The notes under the pieces are model-generated. The model was given only the letters and a program-made list of their open reading frames with translations, had not been told where the DNA came from and did no database searches. From an uncultured Actinomycetes bacterium (lineage in GTDB: Bacteria; Actinomycetota; UBA4738; HRBIN12), in contig CAWBVL010000007.1 of the NCBI GenBank assembly GCA_963792215.1, positions 325,044 through 389,043 on the forward strand: DNA of 64,000 bases, in the 5' to 3' direction. Position numbers and translations under genes: made by a program. Below, one piece after another: positions 28,517 to 38,013 of this stretch (positions within the stretch are counted from its first letter, which is position 1; each line of letters starts with the position of its first letter).

Positions 28517-29890
28517 CTACGGCGCGTTCTGCGACTGCTGCATCTCAGTCTCCGTCTGGTCCGTGGCCGTTTGCAAGCCGCCCTGCAGGTCCGTGCTCTT
28601 GCCCGTCTGCCACTCGTCGCCGAAGTTGTCCAGGTACGTCCCGAGCCTGTCCCCGATCGGCGTGGTCGGTCGGTACTCGGAGTACTGGTTCTGGAACGCG
28701 TCCAGGAACACCTGGAACTGCGGGACGAAGTTCAGGTCGGGCGACTTCAGCGCCGCGGTGGTCGTCGGCACGTTGTACGCGTTGTTCGCCATGTAGACGA
28801 GGGTGTTCGTATCGGTTGCCATGTACTTCATCAGCAGCCACGCCTCGGCCTCATGCGCAGATCCCTTCGGGATCCCGATCACGGTCCCACCGGCGACGCC
28901 CGAGCCGTACGCCGCCGTGTTATCCGGCGACGTCGGCAGCGGCGCGGTGTCGTAGTTCAGGTTCGGCGCATCTAGTCCGATGAAGTTCGGCCCGGCACGC
29001 CATTCCCCGTCGAGCGTGATCGCCACACGGCCGATCTCGAAGTCGTTCTCCGATGAGAACTCGTCGGACGTCCCCGCGATGAACCGCTGCAGCTTGTCGG
29101 CGCCGGTCTGGAAGTCGCCACCGCCGTAGACGTCGGTGATGAACTTCTTCTGCCACGTGAACATCTCGGCCCACTTCGGGTCGGATGCGAACGCAGGGTT
29201 GCCCTGATCATCCAGCCACTTCGCGCCGAACATATGCCCGAAGCTGAGCGAGGTGTTGCCGCAACAGTTGTAGCCGAGCCACGGCACGAACCCGGCGACC
29301 TTGATCGAGCCGTCCGAGTTGAACTGGGTGAGCTTCTTCGCGTCGTTCAGCAGCTCGTCGGTGGTCTTCGGCGGACCGGAGATCCCCGCCGACTTGAACA
29401 TGTCGAGGTTGTAGTACATCCCCGTCACGTCGGTCAGGAACGGCAGCGAGCACTGGTTACCGTTGTAGCTCGTGTAGGTCAGGGCGGACGGCGGGAACGT
29501 CGCGTGCAGGTCGAACCCGTCGGGTCCGTTGATGTACGGCATCATGTCGATCCAGGCGCCGGTGCTGCACCACAGGCCGACGTTGTCGACGCCGAACGAC
29601 AGGACCGAGTCCGGCGGCTGGCCGGCGTTGATCGCCGCGGTGATCTTGTTGTCGGTGAGCCCGGTTCGGCTATCGACCGTGATCCACGGGTACTGCTTCT
29701 GGAAGCCGTCGAAGATCTTGTTGAACACCTTCGTTTCGGCCGCCGACGTCCATTCACTCCACATCGACAGCGTCACGGGTGCGTGCGATTCGCTCGGGTT
29801 GATCGTCTGCGGCGAGGAGCTGTTGCCTCCCGAGCTACAGGCGATCGCGACCAGCGCGACCCCCACAAGAACCGGAGCCCACCGTTTCAT
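28517..29890 (-). CDS. Sugar ABC transporter substrate-binding lipoprotein (family 1)
   Basis: Lipobox VALVAIACSSGG, 457 aa, family-1 SBP pattern. Confidence 0.85.
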   Translation of the reverse strand: MKRWAPVLVGVALVAIACSSGGNSSSPQTINPSESHAPVTLSMWSEWTSAAETKVFNKIFDGFQKQYPWITVDSRTGLTDNKITAAINAGQPPDSVLSFGVDNVGLWCSTGAWIDMMPYINGPDGFDLHATFPPSALTYTSYNGNQCSLPFLTDVTGMYYNLDMFKSAGISGPPKTTDELLNDAKKLTQFNSDGSIKVAGFVPWLGYNCCGNTSLSFGHMFGAKWLDDQGNPAFASDPKWAEMFTWQKKFITDVYGGGDFQTGADKLQRFIAGTSDEFSSENDFEIGRVAITLDGEWRAGPNFIGLDAPNLNYDTAPLPTSPDNTAAYGSGVAGGTVIGIPKGSAHEAEAWLLMKYMATDTNTLVYMANNAYNVPTTTAALKSPDLNFVPQFQVFLDAFQNQYSEYRPTTPIGDRLGTYLDNFGDEWQTGKSTDLQGGLQTATDQTETEMQQSQNAP

Positions 29891-29963
29891 CGTTGCCTCC
29901 TCCCCCGGGCTCGGCCCGGTGTCTCCCTCTTCGAGACGTACGTGACGGACGGTGCCAAAGGGT

Positions 29964-31172
29964 TCACGCCGTTGCCGATCGGTCGAACAGTTGAGCGTGT
30001 GCGGCCTGGAGGGCCATCGAGACCGAGCCGTAGAGGGTGGCCTCCTCGCGGAGCTCCGACGCCTCGATCGCCGGGCGGAACGGGGAGAGTTCGAGGACGC
30101 GCGAGCGGACGGGCTCGAGGAGGGCGGGGTTCGCGCCCATCCCGCCGCCCAGGATCACGAGGGCCGGATCGAGGACGGCGGCCACGGCGGCGATCGTCAT
30201 CGCGATCCGGTCGGCCTCCTGCGCAACGACCTTCTTCGCGACGCGGTCGCCCTTCGCGGCGGCGGCGAAGATGCGCTCGCCCGTGAGCGGCCCGGTCATC
30301 CCGGCACGCTTGGCCGCCTCGACCACCCCGCCTGCGCTGGCGGCTCGGTCGAGCGCGCCGCGCGTGCGGCTCTCAGGCGCGCGGATGTCGGTGCCCGACA
30401 GCGGCAGATAGCCGACCTCACCGGCGGCACCGCCCGCGCCCCGATACAGCTCCCCGTGCACGACGATCCCCAGACCGACGCCCGTGCCGATGTGCAGGTA
30501 CACGAACTCGTTGACGTCGCGGCCGAGGCCGTGCGAACGCTCGCCCAGGGCGGCGAGGTTCACGTCGTTCTCGAAGATCGTGTTCGTGCCGAGCTCTCGG
30601 TGCACGAGCTCCACCAGGCCTTGGCGTCCCCATCCCGGGAGGCTGTGCGCGAGCTCGACCTCCTCGCGCCCGGGATGCACGACCCCGGGGCTCCCGACGG
30701 CGGCGACCGTGACCTGGCGCCACTTGATGCCGGCGTCGGAGGCGAGGCCATGGGCGATCTCGCCGATCTGCGAGATCAAGGTTTCGGCGCTGCGGACCTT
30801 GGCCCGTTCATCGCGGCGGGCCACGAAGGCACCGGTGACGTCGGCGATCGCGGCGCGCACCCAGTTGCGCCCGACGTCGATGCCGACGACCCAGCCGGCG
30901 CGCGGATTGAGCTGATACAGGATCGCGGTCGGGCCCTTGCCGCCCTTGGAGCGTCCGGCCTCACGCACGAGGCCCGCCTCCTGGAGTCCGGCGAGCGCCT
31001 GGGAGACCGTCGGCTTGGACAACGCCGTCTCTCGCGCGAGCTGGGCCCGAGAGATCGGGCCGATCCGTCGCACACACTCGAGCACGGTGCGCTCGTTGAT
31101 CGCGCGCAACAGGCTCGGTGTGCCCGTGACGGTCGTCGCCTCGATCGACGTGGACCCCCCGCGATAGCTCAA
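29964..31172 (-). CDS. ROK-family transcriptional repressor (NagC/Mlc-like)
   Basis: N-terminal wHTH LLRAINERTVLECVRRIGPISRAQLARETALSKPTVSQAL plus ROK sugar-kinase-like body. TTG start. Confidence 0.85.
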   Translation of the reverse strand: MSYRGGSTSIEATTVTGTPSLLRAINERTVLECVRRIGPISRAQLARETALSKPTVSQALAGLQEAGLVREAGRSKGGKGPTAILYQLNPRAGWVVGIDVGRNWVRAAIADVTGAFVARRDERAKVRSAETLISQIGEIAHGLASDAGIKWRQVTVAAVGSPGVVHPGREEVELAHSLPGWGRQGLVELVHRELGTNTIFENDVNLAALGERSHGLGRDVNEFVYLHIGTGVGLGIVVHGELYRGAGGAAGEVGYLPLSGTDIRAPESRTRGALDRAASAGGVVEAAKRAGMTGPLTGERIFAAAAKGDRVAKKVVAQEADRIAMTIAAVAAVLDPALVILGGGMGANPALLEPVRSRVLELSPFRPAIEASELREEATLYGSVSMALQAAHAQLFDRSATA

Positions 31173-31185
31173 AGGAAACTTTCCT
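31173..31185. promoter_or_regulatory. Palindromic operator candidate AGGAAACTTTCCT (site 1)
   Basis: Abuts the ROK gene start in the divergent ROK/eda intergenic region. 16 nt (GTTAGGAAAGTTTCCT on the minus strand) are identical to site 2 at 36963-36978. Confidence 0.45.
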
Positions 31186-31281
31186 AACTATTCTGGGGGA
31201 TGCTAGTCTCCCGCCCCGACGGCAGTCAAGACAGCGAGCGGCGACGGCGGGTCGCCCGGTCCGACGGCCGTGGAGGCGCCG

Positions 31282-31896
31282 ATGACGATCCTCGAGCAAG
31301 GTCCGGTGCTCGCGATCGTGCGCTATCGCCAGGGAGGCAACGTCTGGGCGGCGCTCGAGGTGCTCGCCGACGCAGGCATCCCCCTGCTGGAGGTCACGGT
31401 CGACACGCCCGGCGCGCTCGACGCGGTGCGGACCGCCGCCGACGCGGGCAGGACGATCGGCGTCGGCACCGTGATGACGCCTGACCAGGTGCGCGCGAGC
31501 CGCGACGCCGGCGCGTCGTTCGTCGTCTCTCCCGCGTGCCTGCCCGACGTGATCGAGACCGCACTCGATGTGGGCGTCGAGCCGATCCCCGGCACCCTCA
31601 GCCCGACCGAGCTCGTGACGGCGCTCCGGGCCGGCGCGACGGCGGTCAAGGTGTTCCCGGCGGCGCCGGTCGGCGGGCCCAGCTACGTCCGGGCGCTGCG
31701 GGGACCGTTCCCCGACGTGCCCTTGCTGCCGACCGGCGGCATCGATCCGGAGGACGTGCCCGGATATCTCGATGCGGGCGCGACCTGTGTGGGTCTTGGG
31801 TCGGTCCTGGTCGGCGGCACGCCCCCCGCGTCGGCCGCCGACCTCGAGGGCATCGCGACGCGGGCCGCTGCCGTGATGAACGTGGTGCGAGGATGA
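31282..31896 (+). CDS. eda: KDPG / 4-hydroxy-2-oxoglutarate aldolase
   Basis: LLEVTVDTPGAL...GVGTV...KVFPA...PTGGI motifs. ATG at 31282 lies 5 nt after GGAGG. Confidence 0.8.
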   Translation: MTILEQGPVLAIVRYRQGGNVWAALEVLADAGIPLLEVTVDTPGALDAVRTAADAGRTIGVGTVMTPDQVRASRDAGASFVVSPACLPDVIETALDVGVEPIPGTLSPTELVTALRAGATAVKVFPAAPVGGPSYVRALRGPFPDVPLLPTGGIDPEDVPGYLDAGATCVGLGSVLVGGTPPASAADLEGIATRAAAVMNVVRG

Positions 31897-32777
31897 GCGA
31901 ACGCTTCGACGTGATCGCGCTCGGCGAGACGATGTTGTCGCTCGTCGCCGAGGACGGACCACTCGCGACGGCCACGTTGTTCCACGCGACGCACGGCGGC
32001 GCGGAGTCAAACGCGTGCGTGGCGCTCGCTCGCGCCGGGCTGCGCGTCGCGTGGGTCAGCAGGCTCGGCGCCGACCACGCCGGCGATCGGATCCGCGAGG
32101 CCCTCACGCACGAAGGCGTCGACCTGCGGTGGGTGGTCACCGACGACGCACGCCCGACCGGCGCGATGTTCCGCGACCGCCAGGGCGGACTTGCGTATCT
32201 GCGCACCGGATCTGCTGCCAGTGGGCTGGATGCGCAGGATCTCGACGACGTGCCGGTCGAAGCGGCGCGTGCCGTGCTCGTCACCGGCATCACCGCGATG
32301 CTCGGACCCGGACCGCAGCGCGCAGCGATCGAGCTGCTGGACCGGGCGACCGGGATCCGGATGGTGGACCCGAACCTGCGCGCCGGCCTGTGGGGATCCG
32401 AACGGGCGGCCGACATGATCCGCCCGCTCGTGCGGCGATGCGACGCGTTGATCGGCGGCCAGCACGAGCTCGCCGTGATCGCCGATGGCGCCGACACCGA
32501 GGAGATCGCGCGAGCGTGCGCGGCGCTCGGACCGACCGAGGTCGTGGTCAAGCGCGGCGCCGGCGGGATCGCGGCGCTCGGACCCGACGGCGTCTGGCGG
32601 GAGCAGCCGCCCGTCCCCGTCGTCGAGCACGACCCGGTGGGCGCGGGCGACGCGTGCAACGCGGCGTACCTGGGCGCCCGGCTCGACGGCTGCGATATCG
32701 AGGCCTCGCTCAAAGCGGGCGCGGTCGCCGGCGCCGCGGCGGCGGGCGTGCTCGGCGACACCGGGCTCTCACCATGA
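31893..32777 (+). CDS. kdgK: PfkB-family sugar kinase (2-dehydro-3-deoxygluconokinase-like)
   Basis: C-terminal VEHDPVGAGDACNAAYL motif. ATGA overlap with eda. Confidence 0.8.
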   Translation: MSERFDVIALGETMLSLVAEDGPLATATLFHATHGGAESNACVALARAGLRVAWVSRLGADHAGDRIREALTHEGVDLRWVVTDDARPTGAMFRDRQGGLAYLRTGSAASGLDAQDLDDVPVEAARAVLVTGITAMLGPGPQRAAIELLDRATGIRMVDPNLRAGLWGSERAADMIRPLVRRCDALIGGQHELAVIADGADTEEIARACAALGPTEVVVKRGAGGIAALGPDGVWREQPPVPVVEHDPVGAGDACNAAYLGARLDGCDIEASLKAGAVAGAAAAGVLGDTGLSP

Positions 32778-33157
32778 CACGCGAGGCGATCCAGCCCGAC
32801 GACGTATCGGTTCCGGCGCCGCCATATAGCCCGGTCGTGATGGCCGGCGACCTCGTGTTCACGGCGGGCCAGGTCGCGATGGATCGCTCGGGCGCCGTCG
32901 TCGACGGCGGCGTCGCGGAGCAGACCGACCAGGTGCTTCGAAACGTCGCCGCGTGCCTCGCTGCCACCGGCTGCAGCATGGACGACGTCGTGAAGACGAC
33001 GGTGTTCCTCACCGACCTGGCCGACTTCCCGGCGTTCAACGAGGTCTACGCGCGGCACTTCTCCCGGCCGTACCCTGCGCGCTCGACGGTGCAGGTGGGT
33101 CTGGCGCCGGGCCTGCTCGTCGAGATCGAAGCCGTCGCGCGACGACCGGCGAGTTAG
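32774..33157 (+). CDS. ridA: RidA-family enamine/imine deaminase
   Basis: YSPVVMAGDLVFTAGQV...PARSTVQV...VEIEAVA. ATGA overlap with kdgK. Confidence 0.85.
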   Translation: MTREAIQPDDVSVPAPPYSPVVMAGDLVFTAGQVAMDRSGAVVDGGVAEQTDQVLRNVAACLAATGCSMDDVVKTTVFLTDLADFPAFNEVYARHFSRPYPARSTVQVGLAPGLLVEIEAVARRPAS

Positions 33158-34377
33158 AAGAGCGTCGCGATCGCGCCGACGACGCCGTCGTCGTCATCCA
33201 GCTCGAACAGCACACGCCGCCGGTCGAACGCGGCGCACGGGTGCGAGATCCCGAACGTGACGACCTCGCCGACCGCGAGCCGCAACGACGCCCGCACGCG
33301 GCAGATCGCATGTTGATCCATCAGCCGCTCGACCGCCATGCCGTCGAGCGAACGGTCGTCGTCGCGCATCCGCAGCGGGATCGGCGCGTCGGTGTCGAAG
33401 GGAACATCTCGCTTCCCGATCCCGATCACCACCACCTCCGGCTCCGGTCGTGACAGCACGCTCCCCCACGCCTCGATCGCGGGACGGAATCCAGGCCCCG
33501 GCCCGTTCGCGAACGGAGACCCACGCTCGTAGACGCCGTGATCGTGCGTGATCGTGCAGCCGGACCGAAGCACAACGCGAGCTCGGTCGGCGAGCGTCGC
33601 GACCCGGTCGAAGAACAGGCTGCCCCCCGCGCTGACGATCGGCGTTCCGTCGACGAGCCCGGAAGAAACGAGGCGCTTCGAAACGTCGGCGAGCACACCC
33701 ACGAATGCATCCACGTCGGCGAGCACCGACGGTGTGCGCTCATGGCCGATCGTGCCCTCGTAGCCGGCGACCCCAACGAGGGCGAGTTCATTCCGGCGCG
33801 CGGCCGTTTCCGCAACAGCCACCGCAGCTTCGAACGACCGCGCGCCCGTGCGACCGCCGGCGTGTCCGACTTCGACGAGCACCCGAAGCGGCGCCGAAGC
33901 GGCCGACGCCCCCCACGCATCGGCGAGCAGCGTCACGCCGTCGGTCGAGTCGACCCAGCAAGCGAACTCCATGGTGTCCACGGTTCCCGCGATCGACTCG
34001 ATCGCGGCCGGATCCACGAGCTCGTTGGCAAGGAGCGCGCGCGGCATCCCGACGCCGTGCATCACGCGGATCTGTGCGGGCGTCGCACCGGTGATCCCGC
34101 CCGCACCGGCATCGAGCTGCCGCTCCCAGAGCTGCGGCGCCATCGTGGTCTTACCGTGCGGGAACAGCTCGACGCCATGCTCGGCGGTCCAGGCCTGCAT
34201 CAGCGCCAGGTTGTGCGCGATCGCCGACGCGCGCAGGGTGACCACGGGCGGCGACAGGTCCCGGAGCGACCAGCCCTCGGTGCCGACGGCGCCCACCGTC
34301 GTGGCGACGCCGGGCGGCGCGCCCACCGTGTCGCCCGCGACGGGAGTTGCGAGGATACGGTCGAGCTGCAGCGGCAC
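33154..34377 (-). CDS. PLP enzyme with alanine-racemase-like N domain (D-serine dehydratase / D-amino-acid aldolase-like, DSD1 family)
   Basis: LFPHGKTTMAPQL (PLP-Lys region) and about 400 aa. Family call made from pattern only. Confidence 0.65.
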   Translation of the reverse strand: MPLQLDRILATPVAGDTVGAPPGVATTVGAVGTEGWSLRDLSPPVVTLRASAIAHNLALMQAWTAEHGVELFPHGKTTMAPQLWERQLDAGAGGITGATPAQIRVMHGVGMPRALLANELVDPAAIESIAGTVDTMEFACWVDSTDGVTLLADAWGASAASAPLRVLVEVGHAGGRTGARSFEAAVAVAETAARRNELALVGVAGYEGTIGHERTPSVLADVDAFVGVLADVSKRLVSSGLVDGTPIVSAGGSLFFDRVATLADRARVVLRSGCTITHDHGVYERGSPFANGPGPGFRPAIEAWGSVLSRPEPEVVVIGIGKRDVPFDTDAPIPLRMRDDDRSLDGMAVERLMDQHAICRVRASLRLAVGEVVTFGISHPCAAFDRRRVLFELDDDDGVVGAIATLF

Positions 34378-34407
34378 CGCCGCACGCTACCAACGGAAGG
34401 AGCACCG

Positions 34408-35646
34408 ATGGCGACCCTGGCGATCAACGGCGGCACCCCGGTCCGGTCCGCGCCCTATCCGTCCTGGCCCGAAGCGAACGACGACGGGTACGTGGCCGCG
34501 GTCGAGACGGTCGTCCGCAGCGGCGGGTGGGGCGGGTTCCCAGAGCCGGGCGTCCACGCCGCGGCGTTCGAGTCAGCCTTCGCCGCGTACCAGGGGGCGG
34601 CGTACGGCGCGCTGATGATGAACGGCACGATCACGATGGAGGTCGCCTGCAAAGCGCTCGGCATCGGCTGGGGTGACGAGGTGATCGTCCCGGCGCTCAC
34701 GTTCGCCGCGACCCCCTACGCGCCGATGGCGGCGGGCGCGCTCCCCGTGTTCGTGGACATCACGCCCGACACCTGGACGATCGACCCCGAGCTCGTCGAG
34801 GCGGCGATCACCGAGCAGACCCGCGCGATCATCCCGGTGCACCTCGGTCACCACATGGCCGACATGGACCGGATCATGGATATCGCGCGCCGGCATGGGC
34901 TGGCGGTGATCGAGGACTGCGCGCATGCGCACGGCCAACGCTGGCGCGATCAGGGCGCCGGCTGCATCGGCGACTTCGGCTCGTTCAGCCATCAGTCCTC
35001 GAAGATCCTGACGTCGGGCGAGGGCGGGTCGTTGCTGACCAACGACGAGCTGCTCGGGCAGCGCGCCCACTCGATCGTCGACTGCGGCCGCGCGAAGGAC
35101 CCGGACGAGAAGGACTACACGTTCGGCGCCAACTACCGCTTGTCGGAGCTCAACGCCGCGCTGCTCGAGGTCGCGATGCAGCGGTTCCCCGCGCAACAGG
35201 AGGCGCGCGCCATCGCCGGCAAGCGGTTCGAGGAACTGGTCGTGGACATCCCCGGCATCACGGTGATGCCGGCGGACAACCGGATCACGCGCTGGAGCTT
35301 CTACAACTACCTGCTGAAGATGGATCCCGATGCGTTCGCCGGCCGGCCGAACGAGGTCGTGTGCGCCGCCATGGACGCGGAGGGCATCAAGGCCGAGGTG
35401 CAGTACCCGCCGATGAACCACTACGAGTTGTTCCAGCCCTCGTTGTCGCGGCTGCCGGTCGCGGTCGAGTACGCGGACCGTCTGGACCCCTCGCGGATGT
35501 CCTTCCCGGTCGCCGAGGCAGCGGGCTTGCGCGAGTCGATCTACTTCATGGAGACGACGTTCCGCGACGGGGAGCAGGGCGTGCAGGACGCGGCCGACGC
35601 GCTCGCGAAGATCCAGGCGAACGCCGCGGAGCTGCCGGAGGTCTAA
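34408..35646 (+). CDS. DegT/DnrJ/EryC1/StrS-family PLP aminotransferase
   Basis: SFSHQSSKILTSGEGG (PLP-Lys) and VIVPALTFAAT. ATG follows GGAAGGAG. Confidence 0.8.
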   Translation: MATLAINGGTPVRSAPYPSWPEANDDGYVAAVETVVRSGGWGGFPEPGVHAAAFESAFAAYQGAAYGALMMNGTITMEVACKALGIGWGDEVIVPALTFAATPYAPMAAGALPVFVDITPDTWTIDPELVEAAITEQTRAIIPVHLGHHMADMDRIMDIARRHGLAVIEDCAHAHGQRWRDQGAGCIGDFGSFSHQSSKILTSGEGGSLLTNDELLGQRAHSIVDCGRAKDPDEKDYTFGANYRLSELNAALLEVAMQRFPAQQEARAIAGKRFEELVVDIPGITVMPADNRITRWSFYNYLLKMDPDAFAGRPNEVVCAAMDAEGIKAEVQYPPMNHYELFQPSLSRLPVAVEYADRLDPSRMSFPVAEAAGLRESIYFMETTFRDGEQGVQDAADALAKIQANAAELPEV

Positions 35647-36929
35647 CCCTCGGGCCAGAACCGCGGGAGGTAGCGGCGGTTCACCTCGAGCAGCGCGTCC
35701 AGCAACGGCTGGGCGGTGTCGAGGTCGGGGACCAACGGGTTCGCGAGCAGCGCCTGGAGTGCATCGCTCCGCGATCCCGACAGCGCGGCGGCGATCGTCA
35801 GCCGCTCGTAGTCCTTCACGTGCGCAACGAGCGCGTGCATCTCGGGCGGCAACGGGTCGACCGACAGCGGATGCGCGCCGTCGCGGTCGACCGTGCACGA
35901 GACCTCGACCACGTCGTCGGCGGCGAGGTTCGCGATCGCGCCGTCGTTGCGGACGTTGACCACCTGGACGTCTCCGGTGCCGGCCTGCAGCGACGCGATC
36001 AGCGCGGCCGCCGCGTCCGAGTAATACGCGCCGCCGCGTTGCTCGAGCAACGCGGGCTTGGTGTCGAGCGACGGGTCCTTGTACATCTCGAGCAGGCCCG
36101 CCTCGATCTCCATGACCTGCTCCGCGCGCGTCGGGCCCTCGCGCTGCTCCGCGAGCACCGCCGACGTCCGGTAGTAGTAGTGCAGGTAATAGCTCGGGAT
36201 CGCGCCGAGAGCGCGGACGAAGTCGATCGGCACCCAGTCGATCTCGTCGAACGGATGGTTCGGCGCGTCTGGCGACAGCGCAAGGAGCTCCGGCAGCCGG
36301 TCCACACCGTCGACCAACACCTTGCGCTCCCAACTGAGGTGGTTGAGCCCGACGTGCTCGAGCTGCACGCGGTCGGGCGTCACGTCGAAGTACTCCGCGA
36401 AGCTACGCTGGAATCCGATCGCGACGTTGCAGAGACCGAGCGCGTGGTGGCCGGCGTCGAGCAGCGCCTGCGTCACGAGCCCGGTCGGATTGGTGAAGTC
36501 CACGAACCAGGCGTTCGGTGCTCCGATCTCCGCGGTGAGCTCCGCGAGACCGAGCACGACCGGCACGGTGCGAAGCGCCTTCGCGAACCCGCCGGGACCC
36601 GTCGTCTCCTGCCCGATGACGTCGAACTCGAGCGGGATCGTCTCGTCCGTGTACCGCGCCTTGTTTCCGCCGACCCGCAGCTGCACGACGACGAAATCGG
36701 CGCCCTCGAGCGCCTCGCGCGCATCTCCGGTGAGCGCCAGCGTGCCGCCCCATCCCGCCCGCTGCATCATCCGCTCGGCGAGCGCGCCGACGATCGCCAG
36801 CCGCTCCGGATCGATGTCGAGGAGCGCAAGCTCGTCGACCGGAAGCCGGTCCGTGCGGGTGACGAAGCCCTCGACCAACTCGGGCGTGTAGGTGCTCCCG
36901 GCACCCACGACAGCCACCTTCACACCCAT
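35643..36929 (-). CDS. GH4-family NAD/Mn-dependent glycosidase (6-phospho-glucosidase-like)
   Basis: N-terminal KVAVVGAGSTYTPELV Rossmann and CNVAIG region. Confidence 0.8.
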   Translation of the reverse strand: MGVKVAVVGAGSTYTPELVEGFVTRTDRLPVDELALLDIDPERLAIVGALAERMMQRAGWGGTLALTGDAREALEGADFVVVQLRVGGNKARYTDETIPLEFDVIGQETTGPGGFAKALRTVPVVLGLAELTAEIGAPNAWFVDFTNPTGLVTQALLDAGHHALGLCNVAIGFQRSFAEYFDVTPDRVQLEHVGLNHLSWERKVLVDGVDRLPELLALSPDAPNHPFDEIDWVPIDFVRALGAIPSYYLHYYYRTSAVLAEQREGPTRAEQVMEIEAGLLEMYKDPSLDTKPALLEQRGGAYYSDAAAALIASLQAGTGDVQVVNVRNDGAIANLAADDVVEVSCTVDRDGAHPLSVDPLPPEMHALVAHVKDYERLTIAAALSGSRSDALQALLANPLVPDLDTAQPLLDALLEVNRRYLPRFWPEG

Positions 36930-36954
36930 GACCCGCGCATCGTACACTCCGCCC

Positions 36955-38013
36955 GTGAAATCGTTAGGAAAGTTTCCTGACCCATTCATCGCCGAGATCG
37001 CCGGCCAGCCGGACGCCCTCCGCCGGGCCGCCGCCGGACTCGCCGGACACGTCGACGGCCTCGAGGCGCTGCGCGCCCGACAGGGCGGATCCCTCGTCTT
37101 CGCCGGCATGGGGAGCTCCTACGACGCCTGCTACCCCGCCGTGACGGCGCTCGCGCGCACGGGCGTCGCTGCCTCGATGGTCGACACCGCGGAGCTCCTG
37201 CATTTCCGGCTGCCGACGCTCGGCCCGGACGACGACCTCATCCTCGTGAGCCAGTCCGGCGAGAGCGCGGAGACGGTCGGCGCCGCCCGCGCCTTGCGCG
37301 ACCGAGGGAACGCGCCGCGGATCCTCGCCGTGACGAACGAGCCCGCGAGCTCGCTCGCCACGCTCGCGGATCACACGCTCGGCACGAACGCCGGCGAGGA
37401 GACGGGCCCGAGCACGATGACGTTCGCCGCGGCGCTCGTCGTCCTCGGCGCGCTCGCGCACACGATCGAGGGGCACCGCCCGACGGAGGTCCTCGCCGCG
37501 CTCACCCTCGAGGCCGAGGTCGCCGCGGTCGCGATCGACGACCTCCTGGCGCGGGACACGCTCCCGGAGGATCTCGTGACCTGGCACGGCGGCCGCGCGA
37601 CAACGGTCATCCTGGCGCGAGGTGGTGCGCGCGCGGCCGCCGAGATGGGCGCGCTCACGCTGAAGGAAGCCGTCGGCCTTCCGGTCGAATCGCTCCAGGC
37701 CGCGCAGTTCCGCCACGGTCCATTGGAGCTCGCCGGCCCGCACATGGCCGCGATGGTGATCGCGACGGAGCCCGAAACCCGCGAGCTCGACCTCGCGATG
37801 GGCGATGAGCTGCGTGCGCTCGGCACGGCGGTCTGGACGATCACCGCGGGGGTCGAGGCGGCGGGCGCCACCGACATCGGACCGATCGATCGGCTGCTCT
37901 CGCCCGCCGCCGCCATCGTTCCCTCACAGCTCCTGGCATGGAGGCTCGCCGTCCTCGCCGGACGCGAGCCAGGCACGTACGTCCACGCCGCGAAGGTGAC
38001 GACGCGTGAGTGA
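36955..38013 (+). CDS. SIS-domain sugar-phosphate isomerase/deaminase (GlmS C-domain / FrlB-like)
   Basis: EIAGQPDAL N-terminus, GMGSSYDA and VSQSGESAE SIS motifs. Start uncertain (GTG at 36955 or ATG at 36925). Confidence 0.7.
   Translation: MKSLGKFPDPFIAEIAGQPDALRRAAAGLAGHVDGLEALRARQGGSLVFAGMGSSYDACYPAVTALARTGVAASMVDTAELLHFRLPTLGPDDDLILVSQSGESAETVGAARALRDRGNAPRILAVTNEPASSLATLADHTLGTNAGEETGPSTMTFAAALVVLGALAHTIEGHRPTEVLAALTLEAEVAAVAIDDLLARDTLPEDLVTWHGGRATTVILARGGARAAAEMGALTLKEAVGLPVESLQAAQFRHGPLELAGPHMAAMVIATEPETRELDLAMGDELRALGTAVWTITAGVEAAGATDIGPIDRLLSPAAAIVPSQLLAWRLAVLAGREPGTYVHAAKVTTRE
36966..36978. promoter_or_regulatory. Palindromic operator candidate AGGAAAGTTTCCT (site 2)
   Basis: Lies in the divergent GH4/SIS start region. 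Same core as site 1 at 31173. Confidence 0.45.
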
